A stretch of DNA of 62,818 nt, filler included, from Chrysochromulina tobinii (taxonomy: Eukaryota): assembly GCA_001275005.1 (NCBI GenBank). It is 5 parts of 5 records of this genome, joined end to end, with 100 filler letters (N's around TTAATTAATTAA, not from the genome) between each part and the next. Parts side by side here need not be neighbours in the genome. Positions count along the whole stretch, not along the records: positions 14,637 to 29,988 come from JWZX01000547.1; positions 30,089 to 41,026 come from JWZX01000548.1; 3 more parts are not named here. One strand, written 5' to 3'. Under the pieces are notes generated by a model that was given only the letters and a program-made list of their open reading frames with translations, made no database searches and had not been told where the DNA came from. The position numbers and the translations under genes were made by a program. Of the stretch, positions 19,486 to 31,869 are shown in pieces. The stretch's first letter is position 1. Each line of letters starts with the position of its first letter.

Positions 19486-22400
19486 ATGGGCTCAGCGCGC
19501 AAGCGCGCGCAGCGTGCAAGCACGGCGGCGGCGCAGAGCGACGCCGCCGCCTCTCTGTGGCGCTTCCTACCGGCCGAGTTGGCCGCGGCGCTCCACGGGC
19601 ACTCGGCGAGCGAGTGGGCGGTGTGGCTCACGACGGCCGTGCTGTGCGCGGGTGCGTACGCACGGCACGGGTTGCTGGCCGCGACCGTTTACTTCCTCTC
19701 GACTGCGGGTCTGTGCGCCATCGACCAGTCCATGCACTCGGTCCAGCTGCTCAACCTTGCCGCCGTCGTGTACGACCTCTCATTCGAGCTGCACCGGCTG
19801 TACACGCTCGTGAGCAACCGGCCGCTGCTCATGATGGTGATCATGGTGATCGCGCTTGGCGTGGAGTGGCTGCTCGAGCGGTACGAGGCCGAGGACGCGA
19901 GCGACAGCGCCTCACGCGGCGCGCTCGGCGGCCTCGCGCGCCTCGGCCGCTCGGTGGGCCGCATGCTGCTGCCGGCGGTGATGGGCGTGCTGATCGCGTG
20001 CGTCGGCTGGCTGGCGCTCACGGCGGCGCTGCTGCACCCGTCGGCGTTCACTGCGCCGATGGTCGAGGCGGTCGAGCAGATGCTCGGCGCCCGCTTCGCC
20101 TGCGCCTCCGCCTCCGACTGCGTGTATGTGACCGGCTCGGCGCATCAAGTGCGCGTGCACGGCGTCTACGTGCGCTCACCGCGGCGCTGCTCGGATAAGC
20201 CCGTATACCGCCAGCGAGGGCCCGAGGGGCTGTACTTGCACTCGCCCGCCCACGAGAACCAGTGGAACGTGGGCCCCGACGTGTGCGACAACTCGCCGCG
20301 TAACAAGTGGATGGAGCTCTACAGCCCAGCAGCGAGCGCTGAGGAGATCGGGCCAGCCACGTGGTTCGAGTACGCTGCGGATTGCTACTGATTGCCATGG
20401 ATTGCGATCCTCATCAGCCAGCCACGTGGTTCGAGTACGCTGCATATGGCGTGCCTGCGTGCCGTGCTGAGTGCCGTGCTGAGTGCCGTGCTGAGTGCCA
20501 CTGAGTGCCGTGGAGTGCCACTGAGTGCCTCGGATTGCGATCCTCATTAGGTACACGGACGAGAGCGGTTGGACTAAGAATAGCGCGGTCGTGGTTCAGC
20601 CGTGTGCGACTCCCCCGCGCGCCCACCAGTCGGGCCGAGCGTGCGTCCAGCTGGGCGGCTCGTCGCGCGATGATGCCAAGTACGTAGAGACGTCGCACCG
20701 GGAGGCAGGGCGGCCAGCGGGCTGCAACGGCAACGGCAAGCCCGTCTACGTGTCGCAGCGCACCGACGATGAGGAGGGCGTGAAGCCGTACCTGTACTCG
20801 CCTGCGCGTCGTAATTCGTGGCTGGTGGGCGCAGACCCGTGCCGTCCCAACGGCTGGATGGAGGTGCGCTCGTCTGATGACCTTTGATGACCACTGATGG
20901 CCTCTCTCATCAGCCGTGCCGCCCCAACGGTTGGATGGAGGTGCGCTGGTCTGATGACCATTGATGACCATTGATGGCCTCCCTCATCAGGTGCGCTCGT
21001 CCGCGGAGCAAGCTGAGCACATACAGGCGGGCGCGAGTGGGCCATGGCAGGAGTTCAACGGCTCTGGATGGGTGCGCACGGCCTCGGTACGTGCGCTGCC
21101 GCAGTGCGGCACCCCCGCCGATGACTGCTTGTATATCTCGGGCTCGAGTCATCAGCAGCACACGCACGGCGTCTACGTGCGCACGAGCCTCCAGTGCGAC
21201 GGCAAGCCGGTGTACGTACAGCAGACGGGGCCGGTCCCCCACATGCTCGGAACGGCCCCGTCCGCCGATGGGCGTACCGGTAGTAGCGCATCTCGAGCAC
21301 GGGAGATCGAGAGCACTCGGAGCTCGCGTGCGAGCCTCTCGGCGGCCGAGGCGGCGCAGGGAGACCACCGACGGTTATACCTCTTCTCGCCCTCGGGTCG
21401 GGAGTCATGGATGGTCGGCCGCGATGCTTGCAAACCGTCTGGATGGCTCGAGGTGCACTCTGAGGTGGAGACGGTCGAGGGCATCGACGGCGTCTGGCGC
21501 GAGCATGTGCCCGGCGGCGCGTGGGCGTCCAACCCCGGCATCTCGCTCCAGCTCAACGCGCTGCAGGACGCCTTTGGTGGTTTCACGACGCGCCCTGATG
21601 GGCGTCTGAATGATCCCGACGGCGTGCTGTGGCGCCTCACCTCCATCTCCTCGCTCCTGCCACCCACGCTCGTGCACGGCGCCGCCGACGCGCACGGCGA
21701 CGAGGGCGCCGATGCCCAAGACGACGCGATGCGTGCAGACGAGGATGCCCCTTCGCTTGGCGCCAAATTCGAAGAGGCAACCCACGTGGACGCCGACCCG
21801 TACTCCGAGGATCGGACGGAGGCGGTGGCCGCCAAGGGCAGTGCACCAGCGGCTGCGGCCGAGGGCAGTGCACCAGTCGCCCCAGCCGTTGGAACGGCCG
21901 AGGATGGAGCGGATGGAGCAGCGGCGCCGTCTCGAGCGGCGGCGCCCACCACGGCGGATGGAGCGTCGGCGGCGCTCGTCGAAGCTGAGGCCCCCAGCGA
22001 CGAAGCTAAGGCCCCCGCGACGTGCCGTCCCGGCGCCGACGCGGACGAGCAGCGGGCTTGTGTGGCCAGCGCGCTGGTGCCCCCTTCTACGCCCTCGGCG
22101 TCGTCACTCCTGCCCTCGGCTTCGTCACCGCTGCCCTCGGCTTCGTCACTCCTGCCCTCGGCTTCGTCACGCGCGCCGGAGCCCCCGCCCGATAGGACGC
22201 CCTCGCCGCCTCCGCCGCCGCCCGCGCAGGCAGAGGACCCGAGCGCTGTCACGAGCGCGCCTCCCTCGCCACCCGATGCGTGCCTCGATGTGATCATCGA
22301 ACCAAGCCTTGAAGGCGGCCGGCTGCTCGCTGTCGAGCACTCGGCGTCGCCGGCACGAACAGCTGTTCACAAGGTGCTCAAGGCGAACGGCTGGCAGAGG

Positions 22401-24834
22401 CGCTGGCTGCGCCCGTCGCACTACTCGTCGCCGCATGCCTCTTCGTGGCTCCGGCGCCAGCTGTGGCACCCGTCGCGCCTTGAAGTGATGACCGCCATCG
22501 ACGACAGCGCCGAGGCTGAGGGCAGCAGCGCCGGCGGCGCCGGGGGCAGCCCCAGCAGCCCCGGCAGCGCCAGGCAGGCTCGCGCGCGTGGACGTGCCAA
22601 TGCTCGAGGCGGCGGCAGCAGCAGCGTGTCCAAGAGCGCCAACGTCTCCCTGGGCCTGCGAGCGTGGCGCAAGCCGTCGTTCATGCCCGAGGACCTCGTC
22701 ATCATCGAGGAAGCGTGCCTGGCGTCCTCACTGCGGCTCGACCAAGTGCATCTCCTGACCTCCGATCGCCAGCAGACAGTACCGCTTCCCCTGCTTCGGC
22801 TGTGGCCGTCGCGGCTTCGGCTACGCGCCGAGCAGCACTCCCACCTGCTACTGCTCCTCGCCGTCCTCGTCGTCCTCGTCGGCGCGCGTGGCAGAGCCAA
22901 GCTGCGCGAGCGCCGTCGTGAGCGCGCGCGTGGCCGAGAGGCGACCGAGGCTGTGAACGTTCACACCTCCGTGCGCGACCACGCCAGCCTCGGCGAGAAG
23001 CCCAAGGACCCTCGGAGCGCCGTGACGAGCACCAACGTGCCCAAGGACGTGGGGATCGGGGTGCCGTGCCGAGCACCGCCCAAGGACACCGGGAGCGCCG
23101 TGGCGAGCGCCGACGGAGGGGAGCGCCGTGGCGAGCGCTGGCTGTGGAGTGACCTGTTCTTCCACCGCGACAAGGGCGACAAGGGACTCGCCAACGAGAA
23201 GCTCAAGGATGCCAACGAGAAGCTCAAGGACAAGGGAGGCGGCGGCGGAGGCGTCAAGAAGGCCAGCGGCGGCGGTGACAAGGGCAGCGCCTTGACCGCC
23301 GAGGCCAAGGCAGTCGCCGAGGCCAAGGCAGTCGCCGAGGCAAAGGCGCAGGCGGCGGCACAAAAGGAGGCGCAGGCCAAGGCGGCGGCGGAGGAGAAGT
23401 TGCGTCTAGCGAAGCAGAAGCAGACGGCCGATGCCAAGGCGGCGGAGGAGGCGGAGGAGGCGGAGGAGGCGGCAGCCATTGCTCGGGCGGCGGCAGAGGA
23501 GGCGCGCCTTGCGAGTGAGAAGAAGGCGCTCGAGGCGGCGCTCGAGGCTCTGAAGGTGAATACGGAAGCGACACTCAACGCTGGGGCGGCGGCGGCGGCG
23601 GCGGCGGCGGCCAAGAAGGAAGAGGAGGATGAGGAGGACGAGGACGAGGAGGACGAGGAGGAGGAGGCGGAGGACGAGGACGACGACGAGGAGGAGGAGG
23701 AGGAGGGCGGCGTCGACGAGGGATCCTTCGTGACGGTGTCACACCCCACCGATGGCATCGAGGAGCATGCTTTACCTGCCCCACCTGCCCCACCTGCCCT
23801 ACCTGCCCTACGCGATGGCATCGAGGGGCCACCAGCGCCGGCAGCGCGAGCCCCGCTGCTCAATACGACGCGGTCCCCCGTGCTCAACACGGCGCGGTCC
23901 CCACTGCTCAGCACGGCGCGATCCCCAGTGCTCTCGCCGCCTCCGTCCGAGCCCTCGGCGTCATCTCGGCGTCATCTCGGCGTCATCTCGCCGCCTCCGT
24001 CCGAGCCCTCGGCGTCCTCTGCGTCGGTGGGCAGTGCGTGGGATGTGCAGGATAGCAGTGCGACTCCTCGTGAAGCTGCACCGGCGCACCACCGCTCCGC
24101 TCCAACCGCGCCGACCGATACCGGTAATCACCGCTCCGCTCCCTCGCCGACCGATACCGGTACTCACGCGCAGTCCGCCACTGCCACCACCGCTCCTGCC
24201 ACCACCGCTCCTGCCACCACCGCTCCTGCCGCCACCGCTCCTGCCTCCACTGCTCCTGCCGCCACTGCTCCTTCCGCTTCCTCCCCGCGCCCGCACGCGT
24301 CCGGCCGCCCGATTGCAAAGGCAATCCCCCTCGCCGCACGCCGGCCGTCGACGAGGCGCGATGAGAAGGCAGAGGCAGCCGCCACGACGGCGCGCGAGAG
24401 GGGGGAGCCCAACACGGCGCGCAGCAAGGGCGAGGGGGTTCGGGACAGGGGGGGGGACAAGGGGGGCGAGCGGCCGGCGGCGGCGGCTGGTGGGTCCACG
24501 GCGAGCTCCGGCCCGAGCTCCGGCCGTTACAGCCCAAGCGTAACCACCAGTGGAACCGCGCTCTCCTCCCCGCGCTCGCCCCGCGGACCGCCTGAGCGCC
24601 GTGATGAGCGCCGCGACGACACCCGTGACGACACCCGTGATGAGCGCCGTGATGAGCGCCGTGACGAGCGCAATACCGGCGTTGGCGCCACCTCCGCCGT
24701 GTTGGGCGCCACCTCCGCCGCGGCCGGTGCAGGCGCCCAGGCTGCCGCCACGTCGACTGCCAATGCCAGCTCCTCCGCGGCGACCAGCCAGCAAGCGCAG
24801 CTGGCGATGGCGAGTGTGGCTGGGGCGACGAGCT

Positions 24835-24870
<36 letters not shown>

Positions 24871-26150
24871 TGCCGCAGGCCACCTCTGCTCTGCGGCTCC
24901 CAGCCGCTAGCACTGGTGCCTCGCCTGCAGCTGTCTCGTCGCCCGCGCTGGCAGGCGAGGTGGCCCCACCTCTCAACGGACAGAGAACACCCTCGTTTTC
25001 GACTCTGCCGCCCGCCCTCGTCGCCGCCGCCAGCCAGACCACCCTCAACCCGAATGCGCCCGCGTGGCAGCCGCCAGCCGACGGCTACGATGACGTGGAT
25101 GCGTTTGGGATGGGGGGGGGTGGCTACGGCGGGGACGACGGGTATGATGGCGCGGAGGACTATGGAGACGATGGGTACGGTGTGAAGGACTATGGAGACG
25201 ATGGGTACGGTGGAGACGGGTACGATGGCTATGGCGACGAGGGCTACAATGTGGACGGCTTCGTGGGCGATGCCTACGTGGGCGACGGCTACGGTCCAGA
25301 CGGTTTCCCACACGTCCCTAATATGGAAGGCTTCCCACTCGTCCATCCGGGGCTTCTGAGCAGCACTCTGGCTGGCGCTCTTCCCGTCAGTGGCGTCCAC
25401 CCGTCAAACGTCCACCCGCCGCCCAACGTCCACCCGCCCAACGTCCACCCGCCGTCCAACGTCCACCCGTCCAACGCCCACCGGTCCAGTGGGGACCCGT
25501 TGAGCTCCCTCGGGCGTCTCTCGGCGTCTCCGAGCGGCTTCCCACACGTCCCTAATATGGAAGCGTCTCCGAGCGGCTTCCACATCTCCCTCGAGGCCTC
25601 CGTCGCCGAGCGGGCGGCGCTTGCCGTCCTCGATGACTTCACAGACCTCTTCAATCTCGAGAACCTCGAGATTGACGAAACCGGGCGCGGGCTCTCGGGC
25701 GCGGCGGGGGCGGCGCCCGGCCATCCCCCCAGCCCACGCCGGCTGTCCGACCCCGACAGCCCGCGCCTGCACGCCACCGCTGCGGGCGCCATGCCGGGCG
25801 CCATGCCCAGCACGGCGTCCGCCGCAGCCGAGCTCGATCTCGGACCTCGGAGCTCAGATCTCGGACCTCGGAGCTCAACCCCCGAGCTTCGGCCGAGATC
25901 GAATCTGGGCGCCGTGCTGGGCGTGATCCCCGAGGATCTCCTGTGCCCGATCTCGCGTGAGCTCATGAGCGACCCTGTCCTCGCGGCCGATGGGCACGCG
26001 TACGAGCGCGTCCACATCGAGGAGTGGCTCGCGCACCACCCCACCTCGCCGCTCACGGGCGAGGTCCTGCACAGCGCCGCGCTCCTCCCCTGCCACGCGC
26101 TGCGCAAGATGGCGCAGCTTTACATCCACGGGCGCTCCTCCACAAGCTGA
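19486..26150 (+). CDS. Large multi-pass membrane protein: three Cys/Trp repeats, PAM2 motif and C-terminal U-box (E3 ligase)
   Basis: Introns 20370-20550 and 20864-20990 join three ORFs in frame. Repeat GS.HQ...HGVYVR...C..KPVY.Q...YL.SP....W.VG.D.C. TLNPNAPAWQP at about 25040 (PAM2). IPEDLLCPISRELMSDPVLAADGHAYERVHIEEWL...TSPLTG at about 25924-26125 (U-box). Confidence 0.75.
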
Positions 26151-26677
26151 GCGCTGTCATGAGCGCTGTCAGGGGATACGGTACCGCCCCGACCGCCCGG
26201 GAGGTGTGGGGAGATTGGCACGGCCCCCGCCGCGGCGTTCTCTCGTGACGTTTGCTCCGTCGTCCTCCGGAATGCGGACATCATAGGCCGGGCGAGATCG
26301 CGCATCGCGGCGAATCTTCTCCTCCGTAATAAATTATCTTTCGTACCACACTCGTCACTCCTCCCTCCCCGTCCGCTGATGCACGGCCACTTCACACACG
26401 TGTTTCTCTGATTTGTTGACGCGAGTACCGAACGCAATGGGCATTGGACCTCCGCACGCTGAAACGCTCGGACGAGCGCGTCGTGCCGTCGTCGTCGCTG
26501 CCTCGTCGGGAGGGTTTTGGTTGTCCGCTGGCGGGCCTCGGCCCGGGGGCGCGGCGGGCGCGGCCGAGCCGAATGGAGGCGCACATGGCCCGAGGACACC
26601 GACGGCGCAATTGCATGCATGAAATCAAGCTCTAAAATAGTCCTGTGTAACGAACTTACCGAGTCTCGCGGGTTTTC

Positions 26678-28420
26678 ATGCCCGGCATTTGTGATGAGAC
26701 AGTCAAGACGACGATTCGGACGACCTTAGTTTTTACCGTGTACTTGATTGTCTCCATCGGGATCATCATGGAGCTCGAGCCGGACTGGTCGGGGATCGAC
26801 GCAGCTTACTTCACTATGGCGACTCTTGCGACGGTGGGCTATGGAGACCTTGCGCCCACGTCTGACGCGTCGAGGGTGGTCGCTGTGTTCGTGATCTTCC
26901 TTGGAATCTCGATCGTCCTCTCTCAAGTCGCTGGTCTCGTCTCTCTGGTCACTGCCCCGATCACCAATAAAGGCCGCAAGCTCCTTGCCAAGGCATTCCC
27001 ACCAACGGGCGTCGACCTCGATCTCTCTGGCGACATCGACTTCTATCAACCGCGCCATCCAATCGTCTTCTACTCGAAGAATCTTCTTCCGTCCATCGCG
27101 CTCAACGTGGTGGTCCAGTGCATCTCCGCCGCCATCTTCGTCGCAATCGACCCGACGTGGACCTTTGGCCGTTGGTTGTATCACTGCTTCGTCACCGCGA
27201 CGACCGTTGGGTATGGCGACACGCTCAACGGCACGCAAGAGGGGCGGCTTTGGAGCTGCTTTCACATCCTCATCAGCGTGGCGATGCTCGGCGAGTTCGT
27301 CTCGTCCATCGACGAGCTCCGCTTTGAACGTGAGGCGACGCTCGAACGGAATCGCATGTTCACGACTCGCCTGAGCACGCAGATGCTCGACGAGCTACTC
27401 GAGCATGCGATCGCGCTCCGTAACGTCTATCAGGAGCACAACCTGCTGAAGGCCGCTCGAGCCCACAGCGTGCCCTTTGACGCCCTCGCCGCTCTCCTCG
27501 GCCAGATCAAGTCGAGCATAGCCCAATCTCTCGATCGCTCGATGGACCTCTTCCGACGCATCGACACAGACGGAGACGGGGTGGTCAATGGGAACGAGTG
27601 GCGCGCCGCCGTGACCTCGCTCGGTGTGGCGGCGCCCGCGTCGAACTTGGACGCGATCTTCGCCGCACTCGACATCGACGGCTCGGGCGAGCTCAACTAC
27701 GCCGAGCTGCATCAAGAGATCGAAACTGGACTGGGGCTGACCGAGTCGGAGTTTGCGCTTGCGATGATGCTCGAGCTCGGCATCATCCAGGCCGAACACG
27801 TGACGCCCTTCATCAAGCAGTTCCGGATGATCGATATCGACGGGAACACGCGCCTCACCCGCAGTGACCTCGTCGCGGCGGAGGGTAAGAGCCTCGCACA
27901 GATCCAAGCAGCCGCCGCGCAACGCCGCAAGAGACGATCCGGTCGCACCGGCCCGCTGGGGGCTACAAGTGCTCGTGTGCAGTCTACTGCCACTGACCAA
28001 TGCCCCTCCAAGCCTATAGTGTTGAACTCCGAGCGGCGCATCCCTCCCTGGTGGACGGGCCCCACTGCCAAGAACACTGCCACTGCCTACGCTGCCGCCG
28101 GCGCCGCACCCATCGTCAGTTTCGTCACTGGCGACGTCAATTTCGTCACTGGCGACGTGCCCCTCGCCGCCGTCGACGACTCGCGTCTTTCACACGCAAC
28201 CCCGTCGATGGCAGATCTGTGGACTTTGTTTGGCCATCAACGCCTGATGATCTTCGAGCTGCAGCAGCAGATTGCTCAGCTACAGCAGTCCACGACTCCG
28301 CCTCCGGAGACGTGGCGTTGGCCGCTTCGCGATCCCGCCCTGGCTACGCCATTTTCCTCGGCGCGCATCGCGCCCATCCTCGCTGAAGGTACCACGTACG
28401 CAGCACATCACCCGTTCTGA
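26678..28420 (+). CDS. Two-pore-domain potassium channel with EF hands (TPK/KCO-like)
   Basis: Two selectivity filters (ATVGYGD, TTVGYGD), four TM segments, EF hands DTDGDGVVNGNE and DIDGSGELNYAE. Confidence 0.9.
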   Translation: MPGICDETVKTTIRTTLVFTVYLIVSIGIIMELEPDWSGIDAAYFTMATLATVGYGDLAPTSDASRVVAVFVIFLGISIVLSQVAGLVSLVTAPITNKGRKLLAKAFPPTGVDLDLSGDIDFYQPRHPIVFYSKNLLPSIALNVVVQCISAAIFVAIDPTWTFGRWLYHCFVTATTVGYGDTLNGTQEGRLWSCFHILISVAMLGEFVSSIDELRFEREATLERNRMFTTRLSTQMLDELLEHAIALRNVYQEHNLLKAARAHSVPFDALAALLGQIKSSIAQSLDRSMDLFRRIDTDGDGVVNGNEWRAAVTSLGVAAPASNLDAIFAALDIDGSGELNYAELHQEIETGLGLTESEFALAMMLELGIIQAEHVTPFIKQFRMIDIDGNTRLTRSDLVAAEGKSLAQIQAAAAQRRKRRSGRTGPLGATSARVQSTATDQCPSKPIVLNSERRIPPWWTGPTAKNTATAYAAAGAAPIVSFVTGDVNFVTGDVPLAAVDDSRLSHATPSMADLWTLFGHQRLMIFELQQQIAQLQQSTTPPPETWRWPLRDPALATPFSSARIAPILAEGTTYAAHHPF

Positions 28421-29173
28421 ACGCACTTCCGCACAGACATACCCGAGCGAGCGAGCGCACTTAGGAACCTTCACAGTAAAGTTTCTTTGGGCGAGGCATT
28501 TCTCAGCCCTTTCACAGCATTTGATAAGTCTCTTCCAGAAAAGGTAATGCTGCAGTGGAGGACGTGCATCCGGCCAATCCCTCGCGCGCGGGCGAATGCC
28601 CGATGCCCTCGTCGAGCCCGATGGCCTTTGACACGCGCTCCGCGGTATGCGATGCCCAACTCATCGCTCCATCCGGCCTTCGCTGCGCTCCCGTCCGCTC
28701 ACCCTGCGCGCGCGGCTGAGATGGGGGCCGATTTCCATGCGCGTCTGCACGGCATGCTTCGCGCCCTCGGGGCCTCGGGAAGTGTGGGACGCTGCCCTCT
28801 TTGACTGCGGGGATCGCTTCCTACTCGCGCGCCCTATGCCCTCGTCGAGCCCGATGGCCTGCTTCGCACACGTTCGGGGCCTTGGGAGCTTCAGCTGCTT
28901 CGCACGCCCATACCACGCTGCTTGGGGCCTCGGGAGCCAGGCGTTGCGGCAGCCTCGACTGCGCGCCGTGGTCGCTTCGAGCGTCCTCGACGCGCCCTCG
29001 CGCCACTGCCGCCGCCACCACCCGAGCTCCGAGGGGCCTGTGGGCGAGCTGCACATGCGCACCGCGACGGAGTGCGCGCCGCCGCCTCTCGAGCGTCACC
29101 GCGGAGCCGCGCGTGCCCCCCCGAATCCGCAGGTGGCCGAGCAGGCGAAGGCCTGTAGAGCGCGGCGGACGCG

Positions 29174-29920
29174 ATGAGCGACTCGATGGGCAAGGCCGTG
29201 TGGGATGCCGCAAAGGCCGGCAAGGAGGCGGAGCTCGGGCGGCTGATCGGCCTTGGAGGGAACGTCAACTGGCACAATCCTGATTATGTGCGCCGCCACA
29301 TGTGCCTCGCGTGGGCGCCTGCGTCGTCGCCGCCTCTGTTGCTTCGGTCGCCCTCGCCGCCGAGGTAGCGCTCGCCCGACACGGCGCCGTCTCCCCACAG
29401 CCCAGACGGCGCTGGCCTTCTGCCGCCGCCTCGCCGCCCCGCCGAGCTTGGCACACGCGTCCTCGACGGCGCGCGCCGCACCCCCGCGTGCTCGCCCACG
29501 CTCCTCGCGTGCTCTGGCACTCGATGACGCCGCGTGTGCTGCATTTGCCACAGTACGGACTCACAGCATTGATATGGGCCTCATCGTACGGGCGCGAAGG
29601 GTGCGTCCGCCTCCTCCTCGAGGCCAAGGCCATCGAGGTCAACGCCAAGGTAAGCCTCGAGCATGCCCTCCCCCAAGCACATGCGATGGGTCCGCTTGCA
29701 TGTAGTCATTCCGCTCTTGGCCTCTCGTTTGTCTTTAGAACAACTACGATCAGACAGCATTGCATTACGCGGCACACGACGGCTACCTCGCGATCGCCAA
29801 GCGCCTCCTCGAAGGGGGCGCCGATGTGACGCTTCGAGACAAGTACGGCGAGACGGCCATCGACCTCGCACGGAAGCAGGGCAAGAGCGAGGTCGTGGCG
29901 CTCCTCAGCGAGCCTCGGTA
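29174..29920 (+). CDS. Ankyrin-repeat protein, multi-exon, truncated at the contig end
   Basis: Exons give AVWDAAKAGKEAEL..., YGLTALIWASSYGREGCVRLLL, TALHYAAHDGYLAIAKRLLEGGAD and GETAIDLA; GT-AG introns at about 29288-29553 and 29650-29738. Confidence 0.8.
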
Positions 29921-29988
29921 CGCCGCGCGCATGCACACTGATTGCCCAGCGCTGCCGAGCGGATGTGCAGAGGCGCCGTCTTGGGCGC

Positions 29989-30088
29989 NNNNNNNNNNNN
30001 NNNNNNNNNNNNNNNNNNNNNNNNNNNNNNNNTTAATTAATTAANNNNNNNNNNNNNNNNNNNNNNNNNNNNNNNNNNNNNNNNNNNN
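29989..30088. other. Artificial contig linker
   Basis: N44-TTAATTAATTAA-N44. Confidence 0.98.
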
Positions 30089-31613
30089 GAGATCGATGAC
30101 GAGGGGCCAACCCGCCTGCTGAAGGCGGAACGTCTTGCAGAGCTCCGCAGAGCACCGTTCGTACGTCGTCCAGCCGCGGCTGTCGTACGTGCGAATTGCA
30201 TCGAACGATTTCGGCAATTTCTTGGGCAGCTCGGTGAGCAGAATGACCGTCGTCTTGGAGTGCGCGTACCACAAGTCCAGCGTGCCCAGTGCAAATTTCG
30301 CCGCCTGGGCCTGCGCCTCCGTTTTGCTGTCGCGGTAGCGATCGGCCGCGCGCCGCTGGTCCTCGGTGCGCTCCTCTTCGGCTATGAGCTCGGCCGGAGT
30401 CCACAGCCTCGGATCCTTCTGAAAGAGGGAGGCCCAGTCGAAGAAGACGCCCATGTCGCGGAAGCCGTAGGCCTGGCACACGCCGAGCAGCCCAGAGCGG
30501 CGCAGCACGCCGAGGCTTGGGAAGAGGGTCTTCAGCCGTGTGCACAGCAGCCGCAGCTGCTCGCCGTCGCAGTCCGGGTGCCTCGGTTCCAGCCAGCAGC
30601 TGCGAGTGCACGCGGGGACATGCGGACCGTGTGAGAGGTGGGCGCCAGACACAACGAGGGGGATTGCGACTCAACGAGGGGGCGTTCGGCGCGACGTGAC
30701 GCGTACTATGAGATGGCGACGATAGGGAGCAGGTCGTCGACGTTGCGCTTGACAAACTTGCACGAGAAGATATGGAAGAGCACGCGCATCACGCGCTTGA
30801 GCAGATTACCCTCACCAAGCTGCATCTCGAGCGTAAACGTCTCGTAAAACGAATAAAAGTCCACGCCGCGCTTCGCCTGCCGTGAGATCTTCCGCAGCTC
30901 GTCGACGCCGATGAAGGCGGCCTCAGGCAGCTCCTGCCGCCGCGGCAGGACGCCGCCGTATTCCTTGTGCACGCTGCTGCCTGGCTGGCCGAGCGCGAGC
31001 AGCCACGACAGGCGCACCAGGCGCACCGGCCGCTCGCTCTCCTTGACGCCGTCGCCCTCGAGCGCTTTCCAGACCTCATCGTGCCCGAGGTAGCGCCGCG
31101 CAGCCGCCTGCGCTTCTTCGGAGGAGACGGCAGGGCTCGTACCTCTCTCGGGTGTGAGGGTGCCACCTCGCGATGCGATTGGGACAGCTCGGGACGCTCC
31201 GAAGAGGGAATGCCACTGCACGAGCACAGCCTGATGCCGACGGTCAGGCACAAGAGCGAGAGTGGGAGATACATAAACTCCACACCTAAGACGATTGCAC
31301 TCACGATGCCCATGATCAGGGTCACGGGCAGGATGCACAAGTGGACCGCGCGGGGAATCGCGTGCAAGTCATGCAAGTAGAGGTGCCAGGCGAACATATG
31401 GAGCGGCACAAGAACGAAGAGCAGAAAGGGCATGGCGATGGGCATGGCAGCGGGTCCGATGAGAGCAACGAGCAGCATGGCCTGGATCACGTAGCAGAGG
31501 GCGATTTGAATGGATGGCTTCCATGGCAGCGCGGTGCCCGACGGCGAACTGCGGGCGCCGCGAGTCTCCTTCACCAACATCACGGCACGACGGGCGGGGT
31601 CTTTTGGCACCAA
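30089..31613 (-). CDS. Host gene: N-terminal TM helices plus a HET-like domain; one clear intron; 3'-truncated
   Basis: Removing GT-AG intron 30600-30706 gives PIVAISYCWLEPRHPD..GEQL, followed by VFFDWASLFQ, DLWYAH and YDSRGWTTYER, which resemble the SY.W / W.D..c..Q / RGW..qE motifs of HET domains. A frame change near 31130-31200 is unresolved. Confidence 0.6.
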
Positions 31614-31718
31614 AGGCGGAACAGCATCTTTGGATTTTGCGATCCGAAGAAGGCTCGCGATGCGGTTTCAGTGAACGTCAGTCAGTTTCGGTCCCCCGCG
31701 CTACGGAGATTTACTACC

Positions 31719-31869
31719 TAGTGACGAAACTGTATCTTACGGAGGTCTAGTACCGGGGGTGACGGGGGGGTTCCTATACAAATTGGGGGGGGGTCCTAGA
31801 TACGATACGTATCCTGATGTATCCTGCACGTATCCTGCATGTATCTTGCATGTATTCTGATGTGTCCCG
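31719..31869 (+). repeat. Junction sequence: TAGTGACG start, long G runs and five 10-11-bp GTAT(C/T)(C/T)TG(C)A(T/C) repeats; transposon-terminus-like or origin-like
   Basis: G5/G7/G9 runs at about 31755-31793. GTATCCTGAT, GTATCCTGCAC, GTATCCTGCAT, GTATCTTGCAT, GTATTCTGAT at 31809-31861, abutting the viral ORF. Confidence 0.6.
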
